Assembly (NCBI RefSeq): GCF_009914755.1
Contig: NC_060945.1
Length of the DNA stretch: 64,000 bases
Origin: the human T2T-CHM13v2.0 reference genome, Homo sapiens
Reading direction: 5' to 3' (one strand)
Below, piece by piece: positions 27,754-41,830 of this stretch. The notes beneath the pieces were generated by a model. That model was not told the DNA's origin and did not search any database. It saw only the letters and a program-made list of their open reading frames with translations. The translations under genes were made by a program, and so were the position numbers. How positions within the stretch are numbered: position 1 is the first letter of the stretch; the number at the start of each line of letters is the position of its first letter.

Positions 27754-28091
27754 TGACTTAGTTCAGACTTCTATACCAAAAAACATAGACTAGGCAACTT
27801 ATAAACAAAAGAATTTAGTTCTGGAGGCTAGAAATTTGAGATAGGCTTCCAGCATGGTTGGGGTCTGGTAAGGACTCTCTTGTGAGTTTCAAACTCCAGA
27901 CTTCAGGTTGTATTCTCATTTAGCAGAGAGAGGGAGAGACAGCCTTCTGCAGTTTCTTTTACAAAGCCGGTAATCGCTATCATGAGGTCCTCATGCTTTG
28001 GACTTAATTACCTCTGACCTGCTAAGGCCATTACACTGGGGATTAATGTTCTGGAATGTGAATATGGTGGGGAATCACATAGTCTACTGCA
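27754..28091 (-). mobile_element. MLT1A-like MaLR LTR
   Basis: catagactaggcaacttataaaca...agttctggaggctag...taattacctc...cactggggatta. Confidence 0.75.
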
Positions 28092-28269
28092 ACTTCCAAA
28101 GTTATATTTCTAAAACAGCTATTATTTTCCTCCCACTTGCTCTGTCCTGTGCGTCCTCTCTCAATCTCTCTGTCTCCCTTTCTCTTTTTCTGTGCATACG
28201 TCTGTCTATCTCTTTCATTTTCCATCTCTGTATTGTAATCCTCAAGATGAGGAAGCGATCTCCAGTGTC

Positions 28270-28580
28270 CTAAGATGCTCTAGGCACAGACCCACATGAT
28301 AGAGAACTGAAGAACTGCCCAGGCCAATCAAAAGAAAGAAACTGGGGTTCTCAGTTCACACTGAATCTTGCCAATTTCCATGAGGCAGATTGGAGGCTGA
28401 TCTCTCCCCAAATCCAGCTTCAGTTGAAATCACAGTCCCAGCCTCATAGGGGACCTTGAGGCAGAGGCACCCAACTAAGCTATATCGAGATTCTGGTTCA
28501 CAAAAGTTGTGAGATAGTATTTGTTGTCAAAATGTGCTAAAATTCAGAGCAATGTTGTCACAGACGGGCAAATGACTAAC
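28270..28580 (+). mobile_element. MLT1(E/F)-like MaLR LTR 3' part
   Basis: gaccttgaggcagaggcacccaactaagc...tgtgagata...tttgttgt...gcaaatgactaac. Confidence 0.6.
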
Positions 28581-30789
28581 CTCCTCTTTCAGGCCCCAGG
28601 ATACACCCTCCCCTCTGTTCCTTTCTTTCTCAGGCTGCCTGCAGCCACACTTGTCCCGTTATAACCTCCTCTGCTAAACTGACTTGTGCCTCTGAGTCTT
28701 TTCACAAAGAGTGGCTTTTCCCTGACACACTTTCCACACCTGCGCAGTTGTCATTCTCATCACAACATAATGCCAGCTCAGTGAGGTATTCATGTCCCCT
28801 CCAGGCAACCTCTCTCCAGCCCTCCCTCCCAACATTCTACTTTATTTCCATTATAAAATGCTCTTTTCTTTCGCATGTACTTGCTTTAGTGTTTTTGTCC
28901 TGCAGTCCTCAGACTGTAGGCTCCCCGCGGGGATGCAGGGATAACATAATCGTTTTTGGTACCACATGGTGAACCTACCAAGGTAGCTGCCACAGGGTGA
29001 GTGCTAGGGGAAGAGCCGCTGAGTAAAATAACATGGAAAATCACAAAGTCTTTCCTGCTTTCGGTCACCCAATAATGTGGAGATCAAGAATGATAACAGG
29101 AGCTGCAGGACCTCAGCCTGTCTCTCCCCCGGCTCCAGCTACTCCAGTAAAGTCCAGCGGGCACAAGAAACACGGGGTCTGCCGCCACCTAGAGGCCTCC
29201 GCTAGCACTGTAGTCCCAGGCAGAAGCATCACAAAACAGGTACCTGCACTGGGGAATTCTCAAGGCAGTGGCTCTTCAGGGACCCCTGGGAAAAGGAGCA
29301 GTATCTGAAGACTCCAAGGGCCATAAAAGTGACCTCGGAAGCCTCCCTTGATTCCTATTTTCCTCAGCCTCGTTGGGTGTGCTGTGCACTCATTAAACAT
29401 TTTAACAGCATTCGGCGACATTATTTTCTTCCACTTCCGAATGAGGACCTCAAGGACAGCCCAAAAAACTAGTATTTTTTTCTGGGCCCCACACTCCAGA
29501 GCCCAGTGCATTGTCACATTCTGCTTTATTCCAAGTCCTCATCCGCCCAAGTCTCTAGGCCTCTCTCTTCTCTGAAGGACCTCTAGAAACTGAAAAGCCT
29601 CTTCCCAGAGTCTCAAAGCACAGTGATTTACCAATGAAAAGCCAAGGGCGGCAGACACCTATGAGTATCTAGAATCCTTGGTATTATTCCTTCTCAGTAC
29701 CCCTATTTATGAGGGAGAAAACAAAGGCTTTCTTTCCCGTAGCCTGTCTTTATATCACACGGGGTGGTGGGTGGAGGGCATAGCTCATTTTAGTTCCAGG
29801 TGCCCACAGAAGTGGGAGTCACAACCCCAGTCCTGTCCTCTTGAAACAGCTGGGAAAGTCCCCAGGCTTGGAAGAACCCAGGGAACCTGGAGGATCCTTC
29901 ATCGCATGCTGTCAGCTCCTGGTCATGTAGCTGGGGGAGTGGATGCCTCTGCCTCATGGCAAAGCTGCATCTACTGTTTCTTCCCCTTTTGTCACTTCTT
30001 TGGTTTCCTCTTCCCTAACCTCACTTTAGAATCTCCACTTTAGATCTCCACTTTAGAAGCCTGTGTGTGTGTGATGTGTTTGTGTGTGCATGCCTGCACG
30101 CCTATGTGACAACATTGAAGAGTAGAAAGCCCAGGTAGAAAGTAGAGCACAGGGTTTTCCAGGACTCATGGGCTCTCATTTCCAAAGCAAACCTGATGGG
30201 TGGGGTGCATGCAAGGCCTAGGAAGCTGGATCCCTCCCTAATACTCTGTGCTCTGCCCAATTTCTGGGATCTGGACCAGTCTTTGCCTTTTTGGGAGGTC
30301 TCAGTCTTCCTGTTGTAAAATGAAGAGTTGGCTACAAAACTGTATGAGCACATGCTCAGTGAAGACAGGGTGTCATGCTCAATACCACAGAGAATATTGG
30401 GATGGGGAAAGTTTGGGCAGACTTAGGTGTCCATGCGTGCTCAGGCCTCTGAACAGGGCCAGTGCAGGCAAACATAAAGCACGGCACAGCCAGGTTTTCT
30501 TTCCAGGGCTACAGGATGAAACAGTGCACCACAGGATCTGCTCTTGAGGTCGGTCCCGCAAGATTTTCCCACCTTCAACCAGCAACTGTTTGATGAATTT
30601 CATGTCCTGTGAAGCCCATATCCACCCCCATTACAGTGAGGGGCACAGGGCACTAGACCTGTAAAATAATGTCTTTTGCCTTTTTTTCTTTTCTTTTCTT
30701 TTTCTTTTTTTTTTTTAATGAGTGGATGTTTCTTCTTTCTCCTTTTCTGTTTTGTTTGTTTTTTAACTAATTTTTAAGAGGTCTTTACA

Positions 30790-31086
30790 GGTCAGCTGTG
30801 GTGCCTCGCACCTGTAATTTCAACACTTTGGGAGGATGAGGCAGGTGGATTATTTGAGGTCAGGAGTTCAAAACCAGCCTGGCGAACCTGGTGAAAATCC
30901 GTCTCTACTAAACTTACAAAAAAATTAGCGGGGAATGGTGGCCCAAGCCTGTAGCCCCAGCTACTCAGGAGGCTGAGACAGAAGAATTGCTGAAACTTGG
31001 GAGGCGGAGGTTGCAGTGAGCCGAGATTGCACGACTGCACTCCAGACTGGGTGACAGAGTGAGTCTCTGTAAAAAAAAAAAAAAAA
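30790..31086 (+). mobile_element. AluS with A-tail and (GA)n
   Basis: gaggtcaggagttcaaaaccagcctgg...ggaggcggaggttgcagtgagccgagattg. Confidence 0.92.
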
Positions 31087-31239
31087 GAGAGAGAGAGAGA
31101 GAGGGAGAGAGAGAGTGCTCTTCATGGAAACATGAGCCCCTTTGTAATTTCATGTGTTGAAAATATTTATTCCAATTTTGCAATTTCTTTTCTTATTGTG
31201 GTGTTCTCTTTAAGTTTGGTTTAGATGTTATTAGTGTTT

Positions 31240-32760
31240 CTCCCCAAATTGATTTATTGATTTCCATTTTCACAATACAATATTTTGGCAGAAATCTTGT
31301 GGAAACTGTCTAATCAGTTTAAAATTTTAAATACATATTAAAAAATCAAAGAACTGTAAAAACTGTCCTGAAGAATGACAAAGTTTGTGAGCTTACAATG
31401 CCATATATTCAGACTTAGATTAAAGCTATAGTAATAAAAGCTATCTATGGTAGTAATGAAAAAATAGGCACAAAGAAAACTAGAAAAACTCGAGAGTCCA
31501 ACTCAGACTCACACATTTAGACATTTTGTATATTACAAAACAGGCACAGAAGAGCAGTGGAGAGAAGACAGCATCTCGGTAATTAGCCTTGGGTCATCTG
31601 GTTATTTATGTGAGAAAGAAATGAACCTATCTTATATTGTTAACAAATTTCGAGACAAGTGGATTTTAAATTTTAAGGTGAAAATTGAAAACAATATTTC
31701 TAGTAGATAACATAGATAAGTATGTCCATGACTTTGGCACAGGCCAAGATTTCTTGGGACACAAAATGCATAAATTATCAAGACAAAAATATGACAAATT
31801 GGACTTTATTAGAATTAAAACCTTCTCTTCATAAAAAAAAAAAGCTTCAGGAGAGCTGAAAGGCAAGAACAAAGTGGAAATCAACATTTGTCATATATTG
31901 ATCTGGCAAAAGCTTTTTATCTAGATTATTAAGCTAAATCCCATCACTTAATAAACAAAGATGCATACATTGAACAAAATTGGCAAAGATATGACTAGGA
32001 GTTCCACATACAGAACCGAAGGGCCAACAAGTAGATGAACATATCCACATTCTTATGCATCAGAACAATGCATATGAAAACTACAATTGAATACCACTAT
32101 GCAATCATTAACATTTTTGAAAACTGACAAAATTAAGTACTAGTGATGATGTCAAGCAACTGGAACTTTCTTATACCATTCTGTGTGCAAACTGTTATAA
32201 CCACATTCAAAACCACTTGAGTAGTAACTCCTTACATACACGATGTACATAAGCACACTCTAGAACCCAGCAACTCTGCTACTAGGTATATACACCCAAT
32301 AGAATTGCCAGCATATTTTCCAATGTAGTAAAGTGCTCGAAGTAGCATTATTTGGTACTTTTCCAAACTGAAAAAAACTCAAATGTGCATCAATAATAAA
32401 ATAACTAAATAAAACAGCTACATATTCCTTTATAAGGGGACATTATACAGATATAAAATTAATTGGAGACATATTAAAATATACAAAAATCTAACAAATA
32501 CAATTTAATTAGATTTAAAAGTCCTATCCACAGCAATCGGCCAATAGAAAAGAAAAAGGCATACAAATAGAAAAAGAAATTGAATTCTCTTTCTCCATTT
32601 GCAATATGAGTCACTACGTAGAGAATGCTAAAGCCTCTCCAAAACTACTTTTGGGGAAAACTTGAAAAGCCTCCTGAAACGGATAAGCAAGTAAAGTTTT
32701 AGGACACAAAACCAATGTACAAAAATCAGTAGCATTTCTATGCATCAACTACTTTGAATT
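31240..32760 (+). mobile_element. Highly diverged L1M fragments
   Basis: taaagctatagtaataaaa, ttggactttattagaattaaaaccttct, cccagcaactctgctactaggtatatacacccaa, caaaaatcagtagcatttctat. Confidence 0.65.
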
Positions 32761-34245
32761 CCTGAACATCTTCTGGTTTTATTGCATTTTCAATTTTTTC
32801 CCTCCATTAACTATACATTTTTTCTTTTCTCAGCTAAACTAATTTATTCTTCTGTATAATTTCACCTTGTTAATAAACCCCAGGCCAAAAAGTGGGAATA
32901 AAGTATTTGTCTGCATCCTGTTTCCTCATTTTGAAAACTAGTCTAGATGAAACCTATACTTGTTCTAGGGAGTTGGCATAGACAGCATTTATTTCCATTC
33001 TCAGCAGTGATGCCAGCCAGAAAGAGGGAGTTCCCCATTTTCACTTTGGTTAGACAGGACTCTGGATGGTTGAAGGGGAAAAGTTTCAGACTCTAAGGGA
33101 GCCAAATAGGATATTACAAAGATTTATGCATTTACTCCGGGAGCAATTAATGTGTTAAATTTTGTGCAAAACACTGCGCAAAGAGCAATTAAAGTGAAAA
33201 TTATTAAGGCATTACCTTTACCTTGGGAAACTCACACTAGTCAGATTCTCCGAACCCCAGAACTTAACAACAACCTAGTAAAATCTTGTTCAGAGTGAAG
33301 AGAGGGTGGGATCAGGAAGGTAAGTTTAAAAATTAGGCTGGGTGAATGAGATAATTACCCCTAGTAATGCATTGGAAGTATGGATGGCTTTGGGATGGGT
33401 GAAGACAAAAGAATCTCAGCAGAGGGTGCAGATAAAAAAGGGCAGAAACACAGGAGGCTTATGCAGAAAGAGGAATGAGTTTGCTGGACTGGGGAGAGTG
33501 ACAGTAAAAAGCAGAGGATAATAGGCCTCTGTGGTCATCTAGGGACTATAGGATGGATTAGTTGGGGGTTACAAAATCAGTGAGGTACTTTTTAACAGTA
33601 GGATGGATAAAGAAGAGCTATATTTTGGAATAATTATGTAGCAATGGTGGTTAGGAGCAATAGAAACTCAAAGTATTACATAAATATGTTTTTTTCTTAT
33701 TCTCCCACACAAGCCTTTCGCCTTCCCTCTTAAACTGAGAACGGAGTGGTTTGCTATGATGTTTTTAAATTCTCACAGACAAGCATTACTCTGTGCTGCC
33801 TTTTAATAAAGGCTAATTTTAACCAAATTAAAGAAGATTGAATGGATTTTCTTGCTTATAATGGTTGAGTACAACATCTCTTACCTTCTACTAGTTTTCA
33901 GTATAACTGAAGTAACAGAATGTCAATACTCCATGGAGGGGTGTTCCTATTGCTAAGGCTCCCTCCTCTGGGCTAGGCCTTCTACACCATGGCTGTCCTG
34001 CTGTGGCTGGAGCTGGAATTTGGATTGACCTCTGTGTGTCTTCCTAGCACACAACAGGTGTCCAATTAGCATGGGCAGAATCAAGCTCCTCCCTCTCACC
34101 ATTTATTTCTCCATTTGTCCCTTGTTGGGAATGGAGAGTCCTGCCACTGAGTTCAGCCCAGGGTTGAAGTTCAAATCTCAGCTGATACTTGGTGGATGTT
34201 GACTTTTTTGAGAAGAACTTGGGAGAATAAAACATTATAAAGGCG

Positions 34246-34545
34246 CTGGCCAGGCACGGTGTCTCATGCCTGTATTCCTGGCATATTGATTGGCTGAGGA
34301 GATAGAATTGCTTGAGGCCAGGAATTTGATACCAGCCTTGTCAACATAGTGAGACCCCATTTATACAAAAAACTTGAAGCATTAAAAACATTTAGCCAGG
34401 TGTGATAGTTCCAAACTGTTGTCTCAGCTATGCTGGACATTGAGGCAGAGGATCACTTGAGCCAGGAGTTCTAGGCTACAGGGAGCTATGATCGTGCTGC
34501 TGCATTCCAACCAGGGCAACTATGCAAGATGTTTCAAAAATAAAA
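34246..34545 (+). mobile_element. AluJ-like
   Basis: ctggccaggcacggtgtctcatgcctgta...caacatagtgagacccc...gaggatcacttgagccaggagtt. Confidence 0.85.
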
Positions 34546-35050
34546 TCTTTTATTATTCTTCACCCCTATAGTCTCTCCAGAACTTGTGCACTATGTAGCA
34601 GAAAGAATCAAACTCCCCAAGAGTTTGGTTCTTGCTTATGATTCGGTTTTCTGCTGCTTGGCTGCCCCGTCATGTCCCCATTTTGTATAAATAAGAACCC
34701 CCAGGTGAAGTGGAGTTTCTCCCCAGCAGAGGGTCTCACCAAGGCCCCAGGACTGGCACTTTAGGTGGAGGCTTGCTTTTCAACCTCTGAATAATAATTG
34801 ATACTAAAATTGAGAAGTTTTCCAGACACCAGCTTCCTGAAAGGAGCACTCAGTCGAGACAAGATGAGGTCAGTAGCGAAGGTGACTCAGGCTGAGTGGG
34901 CCGTACATTCCTCTACTTTTCCCAAACTTCCCTCTGACATCCTCCAAACTTTCTGTCTTCCCAGGACTTTCTTGCCAGGGAGTCTAGTGAAGTAAAAGCT
35001 TTAAAATTGCTTTGATTTTAAAAATAATTTTATTGGTTCTTAAAATGTAC

Positions 35051-35483
35051 TGTTAAATATTACTGTTTTTCTTCCCCCAGGGGCTACGTGAACATAAGCT
35101 CATTTTTCACACTAGCAGCATTTAGAAATGTCTCTTCTGGAGGAACACTGATGCTCTCAAATCACACGTGGTAATTCTCTCCTCCAGGCACAAAATGCAG
35201 TCTCAGCATCTCTGTATCAGGAGTCACTGTCTAAGAGTCTCTCCAGAGAAATAAGCTACCCAGGCCATCCAGCTGCTGGTGAGTTGCTTTGTGGTCATGA
35301 ACTGGGTAGATTTCCTCATCTCTTGCTCATTGGCCACATTCAGGATTAATGATTCAATGCTTTTGTTGTTCCAGAAGCTGTGGTCAGTGGCTATGCAGGA
35401 ATCAGTCTTTCAGTGCTGATCTTTGCTGAGAAAATAATAGTATTGTTCAAACAGTATATAGGATTTGCACTCAATATTTAATA
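35051..35483 (+). pseudogene. VN1R: 5'-truncated vomeronasal type-1 receptor (V1R) pseudogene fragment, about TM5-TM7
   Basis: Manual translation: YC.SSP.GY...FFTLAAFRNV...; VVILSSRHKMQSQHL....LRVSPEK*ATQAIQLLVSCFVVMNWVDFLIS; then after a frameshift VSGYAGISLSVLIFAEKII. These match V1R hallmarks (RH..Q.QHLH, SPE.RAT.TI.LLVS.FV, YA..SP.VLI). The symbol is family-level only. Confidence 0.85.
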
Positions 35484-38400
35484 ATTTAGTGACAAAAACC
35501 TCTTAAATACACATTATACTGATATAAAATAAGTTATTCATCTATTACCAAATTTACTCTTTTATTTAATATAACCCTTGGGATAACATTTTCTTTTATG
35601 CTTCCATAAATATGCTTCACATGGATATATCACATATTGTGTATAATTTCACACAGTGTTAACATAGTTTCCATCTATTTAGATGTTTGCACATTTATTT
35701 TATCTCAATGTTTGTTCTCAGGAAGAGTATTTTTCTTCATAAACTAAATTTTCAGCAAATTTTAAATGCATTTCACTGACATAATTATACTGTTTACATT
35801 GTATTTGTGTATTAAGTTACATTTTGTCCTTAAACCTGAAAATAACTTTTCAAATATATGTAATTTTAAATTTACATGTTTTTCCCTCAGAACTTTTAAA
35901 ACCGTAACCTATTGGATTCTTGATCTTATTCACATATTGAGAAATGTGTTTCTTTTCATTGCTTTATAATTAATTTGAATTTTATCTTAGATAGCTTTAC
36001 GTGATTTTCTCTATTATGGTATTATGCTTTTAACTATTGTTTTTCTTTTGATCAGAATGCCTTTAAGCTATTATAATTAATTATTTTAATAATTATATAT
36101 TTTTATTCCCTATTTGACATTCACTCCATTTTATTTATTCAAACTTGCACTTAAACAACATGACTTATTCTAGATTTTTATGTATTTTAATTTTTCATAT
36201 TGTTTATTTGTTTTATCCCTATTGGGACTTCTAAATATTCACTTCATCATATCTTCTAATTCATAATTTCTTTTTCAATTATGTAATTTTTCTATGTATT
36301 CTATCCTTTAAATTTAAAATTTTTACCTAATTATTTTGATAATATACCTTATTTTGATCTTACTTTTAAACTTTTCCTCTAATATATTTAAACATTATAA
36401 CTACTTATATTATTTCTACAGTATATATACAATTTTGGGATTTATTAAGATGTAATGGTACAGCTGTGTTTTTCTTATAATTTTATTTCTTAATAACTTT
36501 GATCTTGATGACTTTAACTTTGTATATTTTAAAAAGAATAGTAGACTTCATTTTATTATAAATGACTGACCTCAATTGATGGGGCCATAGAAGATTCTGG
36601 GTCGAGGTATTTTATTCCAGTGAAAAGTTATCTGTAATGTTAATAATGCACCCTTTACAGACACCTGAAAATGATTAAGTCTATATATTTACCTAAATTG
36701 TCCTGAGTAAAACACATAGTGTACATATGAACCAGAAACTCATATGATGATTGGTGTTAATTCCCAAATCAACCAAAGAGGAGAAATACCACCTCCACTA
36801 ACTAACCTATTTTTCTAAACTTTTGAAAATGTAAGGATTCTAGCTTTAGATAGCATAGTCAGATCCAAGTACTCCTGCATCTATGCTGCTGTGACATTAT
36901 ATTCACCAATCAGACATGTTAAATTCTAACAAACTGTGCTTCCATTATTAGCAATTCCCACAGGTAGCATCAACTTCCAGCCTAATTTTTCTCCTACAGC
37001 TGTGCTTCTTTATCCTTTCCTGAAAAATTATTTGTGGAGGTGCATGCCTTTGAAGTTTCTCAGCATATATTGTTATTTGAGGTTGAAAAGATAAGATTAT
37101 CTAAATTTTTGCCAGAAACTCTGATACCCACATTATATCTTTGAAAGCATTGGTTGTCACACTGCTGCTGACATGTGCATTTAGGAGAAGCATGTAAATG
37201 TCAGTGCATTGCAGTCTCTGAGGGGTTGAAATAAACAATACCGGAAATCTTGGCCACTGAGGCTCACATGTAGATTTTCATTCCCAGTCCAGGCATCTAG
37301 ATTCAGGGGCACCTAACTGAGGGGCTTTTGGTTGAGGCCTTCTTCAGAAACTTTTGTTCAGATCCCTGTTTCTGGAGAAGAAATGGAACTTTGATAATAA
37401 TTTTCATACATTCCTATTAATATTCAATTCTCTTTAATCTTGCTCATACATTCTCCTCTACGCTCTCCTGCCCCCTTTTCCACAAAATTGCGGGCCTGTT
37501 TTTTATGAGGGTGCCACCTCGGCAGTGAGACAGTGCCCCATGTTTGTGCTGATCCATCTGACCCTTTCCTGGTGCTTTTCCATGAGGAAAAAATGGAACA
37601 ATTAGGAGTCGGTGCTTGATCTAATGTTGCCTGTTGTTTAACACAATCACAGAAAGGAAGACAAAAAGGCGTAACTATTTCTTTGATGTGGGCCTCTTGC
37701 TTTAATTTAAAACTCTGATATTAAGCAGGTTAGCTCTTCCCAGCTCAGCTCAGCTCTTGAAATTTCATGGAAGAAATTCTGTTTTTATTGGTCTAAATTT
37801 TGTGTCTTTTATATAGAAAAACGGTAATAAAATTGCATCGTATATTTAAAAATTGAATGCCTTCTGTTTTGCCATTTTACTGAAGAGAAAATTTGTGTAG
37901 CCTATTGGCATTATTAACAGTGAAGCTCCAAGTACTAATATTCAGAAAAAATAATGAATCAAAATCCAACTATTTCTCAGTAGCATTTTCTTTTTTATAA
38001 ACTTTCTATTTTATTGTCTGTAATTAAAAAACTTCTGTAGAAAAGAGTTTAAAATTTTCAAAGTTAATACAAAATTATTTTTAGAATTTCTTTTTGCATA
38101 ATGTTTGTCGTAAGTAGCTAATATTAATAAATTGTAATCATCAATTCTTATCTAAGCTGCACGTTAAAAAATATGTTAATATTTGCTGCTGCCTAAAATA
38201 TAATACATATTTACATAATCTAAGCTACTAAAAATAGTAATAAACACACATATAAATAATCAACATACACAGGTCATTTTTTCTATTTCTTACTTATATT
38301 TTATGTTTCATATTTGTATCAGCACACTTTATGTCCTACTATCATATATGGAAACTTGCCTATTTTGCATCTTGTTATATTAAATAATAAGACATATGCT

Positions 38401-40564
38401 TAGCTTCCCCTAGGTTAAATTTTTTACATAATTGTTATTAATGTAAATAATCCAGAAATGAAAGTTTTTTAAAAAATTTCCAGTGCCCTCACTGTGCATG
38501 ATATAATTCTATTTTTTAAAGTGTTAGTGCTGTTTGCATTATATAAAAGAATATTTTAGTGTATCAACTAACTACATACCTGAAAGCATGGCTTACTTTT
38601 TCATTAGTATATACTTTTGGTTGTACTCGGCTATTTTTCTAAAAGTGCTTGCAAATCAGTTCCAGGCCACAGGGCTTTGTCTTCAACAAAATAAGAATGT
38701 CTCAGAGACCCACAGAAATAACTGTGCCAAGTACTCCTATAAACAGGCTTCTGATAGAATGACTTATATAACTTTGAAACACTATCAGTGGACTAATTTA
38801 TTTCTCTAATTCTAGCAGAGAAGCATATGTGCTTACAAGATAGAGTAAAACAAGTATGAGTAAAACAGGACTAAATGAACTGACGATGAATGATAATAGG
38901 TTTTGTTTGGAATGTGAACATAAAACATTCCTGCTATTATTTCCTTGGTATCTAAACATGAGCTAATGGGAGCCGTTGTTACATGTTGTACACCCTTAAG
39001 AAGGTTTACAGTTTTTCGTCTCACCTATATTCGTAGTTGTCTGTATTTGTGGTTTAGAATCTCAGCTATTTTCATAGTTGTAGCTATATTTATAGTTGCA
39101 TGCAATGAGTTGCATGGTTGCACTCAGTAGCCAGGGGATGGGCAGGGAGATGCAAACAATTCTTCAGAGTAAGTTATTATCTTCTGTTGCAGTGGAAGTT
39201 CTTGAGGCTTCATAGCTACCTGGCACTCATCTCGTATGAGCTCCTTTGTGTTTCTGAAGCCTCTGGCATACACCGAGGGTGTGGGTTTGCCTGGAATGTA
39301 GCATCAACCTGTAGAGAACAGGATTTTCCATGACCCAGTCATTGAATAAACTTGATATCTGCTTCTGCTGTTGAGAAAACATTATTTCTCCTTCAGGAAT
39401 ATCCACCCTCTTCATCAAGAACATCGTGTCATTCTTCAGGGTCACAGAATGCTCTACAGCCTACTTCCTGGTGTCCACCAAGGAGGAGATTAGTTGCATC
39501 TGAATTGAAGGAAGATTCGAGAGGGGTCACAGCTGCAGAATTCCAATCACGCTCAGTCTGACTGTGCTGATTTTAGAAAGACACATGGGGATCTGCCACA
39601 AGGAAGGCACTTTGCAGGGAGGCCTCAACCCCATGGCACACCCCTTCAGGAGGGCTCTTCTCCTTGTAACAGTCACTTAGCCACTTATAGAAAGGCAACT
39701 CTTAGAAAATTTAAATGGGGACCAAAATACTAACCCTAACCAGTTTATTATCTCAAAGAATTGGAAAAACAAAGTTTTCAAATACTACAGGATTAGAAGA
39801 GTAAACAAGATATGCTTTTTCTTTGGAGCTACATATATGTATTAAAAATGGGATGTACAAAGAATTTTTTATCACATGGAGAAGTGCTTATGAGATGATA
39901 TACCATTAAACATATTAATGAAAGGCATACATTAAAAAGTATAACCAAACTTATACATTAGAACCCAAAATTTAAAATGTGTAGAAAAATGATTGAGAGG
40001 AAATATGCCGAATTATAGGAATTGATGTGTTTCTTATAGGAAACAGGATCCTGTGAGAAATTAAATTGCTTTATTGATTCTCTTGTACTTTTATAGTTTC
40101 CAAAAGTTCTACAGAGAGTGTAATGTAGGACCTTAGTCAGGAATAAACATCTCTTTAAATAAGCAGCAGAGAATTTCAAAGGAAGTGTGTGGTATGGGTT
40201 TATGTGTTTCTTTCAAGATCTAATATTTTCCACGTAGTGCTTCAGAAAAGACAAGGTAATTTCAACAACTTAACCCCATCATCAAGAGGGTGTTACTTAA
40301 GTACATTATGGGAGGTCATAGATAAACAACCAGTCAGCCTCTAAGCATCAGAAAATCCGTGATGTCCATTGGCCTGAGAGATGGTCTGCATTTCTTTGAA
40401 GGAAAAAAGCAGGTTTTAAAACACTAGAGCCGAATCAAATCCTAAATTTGAATAGAAAGATTAGAAAGGCTTATGCATGGGAAAAAGATTCAGGGTATCC
40501 AATGGTTAATTCTGACTATTTCTGAGTAATTTAAATTTACCTATAATTTAAAAAAAAAAATTAA

Positions 40565-40864
<300 letters not shown>

Positions 40865-41532
40865 TTAGTTAGGAATCAAATAAGATAATTAAATGTAAAC
40901 TTACACTTAATTTACTTTTTAAGCATTTTAAGAATTGGTATTCTAATTTTGTGTCGGTACATTTTAAGAATCAATAAAATTATTTTTAAAATCAAAGCAA
41001 TTTTAAAGCTTTTACTTCTTTAGACTCCCTGGCAAGAAAGCCCTGGGAAGATAGAAAGTTTGGAGGATGTCAGAGGGAAGTTTGGGAAAAGTAGAGGAAT
41101 ATATGGAGGGCAGAAGGAGTGAACATTAGGGAAACCCTCCCCTAGCTCAGTCTTCAGATACGCTGGTGGACTTCCCCATTCAGCCTGAGTCACCTTCGCT
41201 ACTGACCTCATCTTGTCTTCTGACTGGATGCTCCTTTCAGGAAGCTGGTGTCTGGAAAACTTCTCAATTTTAGTATCAATTATTATTCAGAGGCTGAAAG
41301 GCAAGCCTCCACCTAAAGTGCCAGTCTTGGGGCCTTGGTGAGACCCTCTGCTGGGGAGAAACTCCACTTCACTGGGGGGTTCTTATTTTATACAAAATGG
41401 GGACATGACGGGGCAGCCAAGCAGCAGAAAACCAAATCATGAGCAAGAACCAAACTCTTGGGGAGTTTGATTCTTTCTGCTACATAGTGCACAAGTTCTG
41501 GAGAGACTATAGGGGTGAAGAATAATAAAAGA

Positions 41533-41830
41533 TTTTATTTTTGAATCATCTTGCGTGGTTGCCTGTTTGGAGTGCAGTAGCGTGATCATAGTTCACCGCA
41601 GCCTAGAACTCCTGGCTCAAGTGATCCTCTGCCTCAATATCCAGCATAGCTGAGACAACAGTTTGGAACTATCACACCTGGCTAAATGTTTTTAATGCTT
41701 CAAGTTTTTTGTATAAATGGGGTCTCACTATGTTGACAAGGCTGGTATCAAATTCCTGCCCTCAAGCAATTCTATCTCCTCAGCCAATCAATATGCCAGG
41801 AATACAGGCATGAGACACCGTGCCTGGCCA
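41533..41830 (-). mobile_element. AluJ-like (mirror of 34246-34545)
   Basis: Reverse complement of the left-arm Alu. Confidence 0.85.

Noticed and set aside
34044-34235. ORFs conserved between the arms as evidence of coding selection
   Set aside because: Nucleotide identity is equally high in the flanking Alu, so duplication and conversion explain it.
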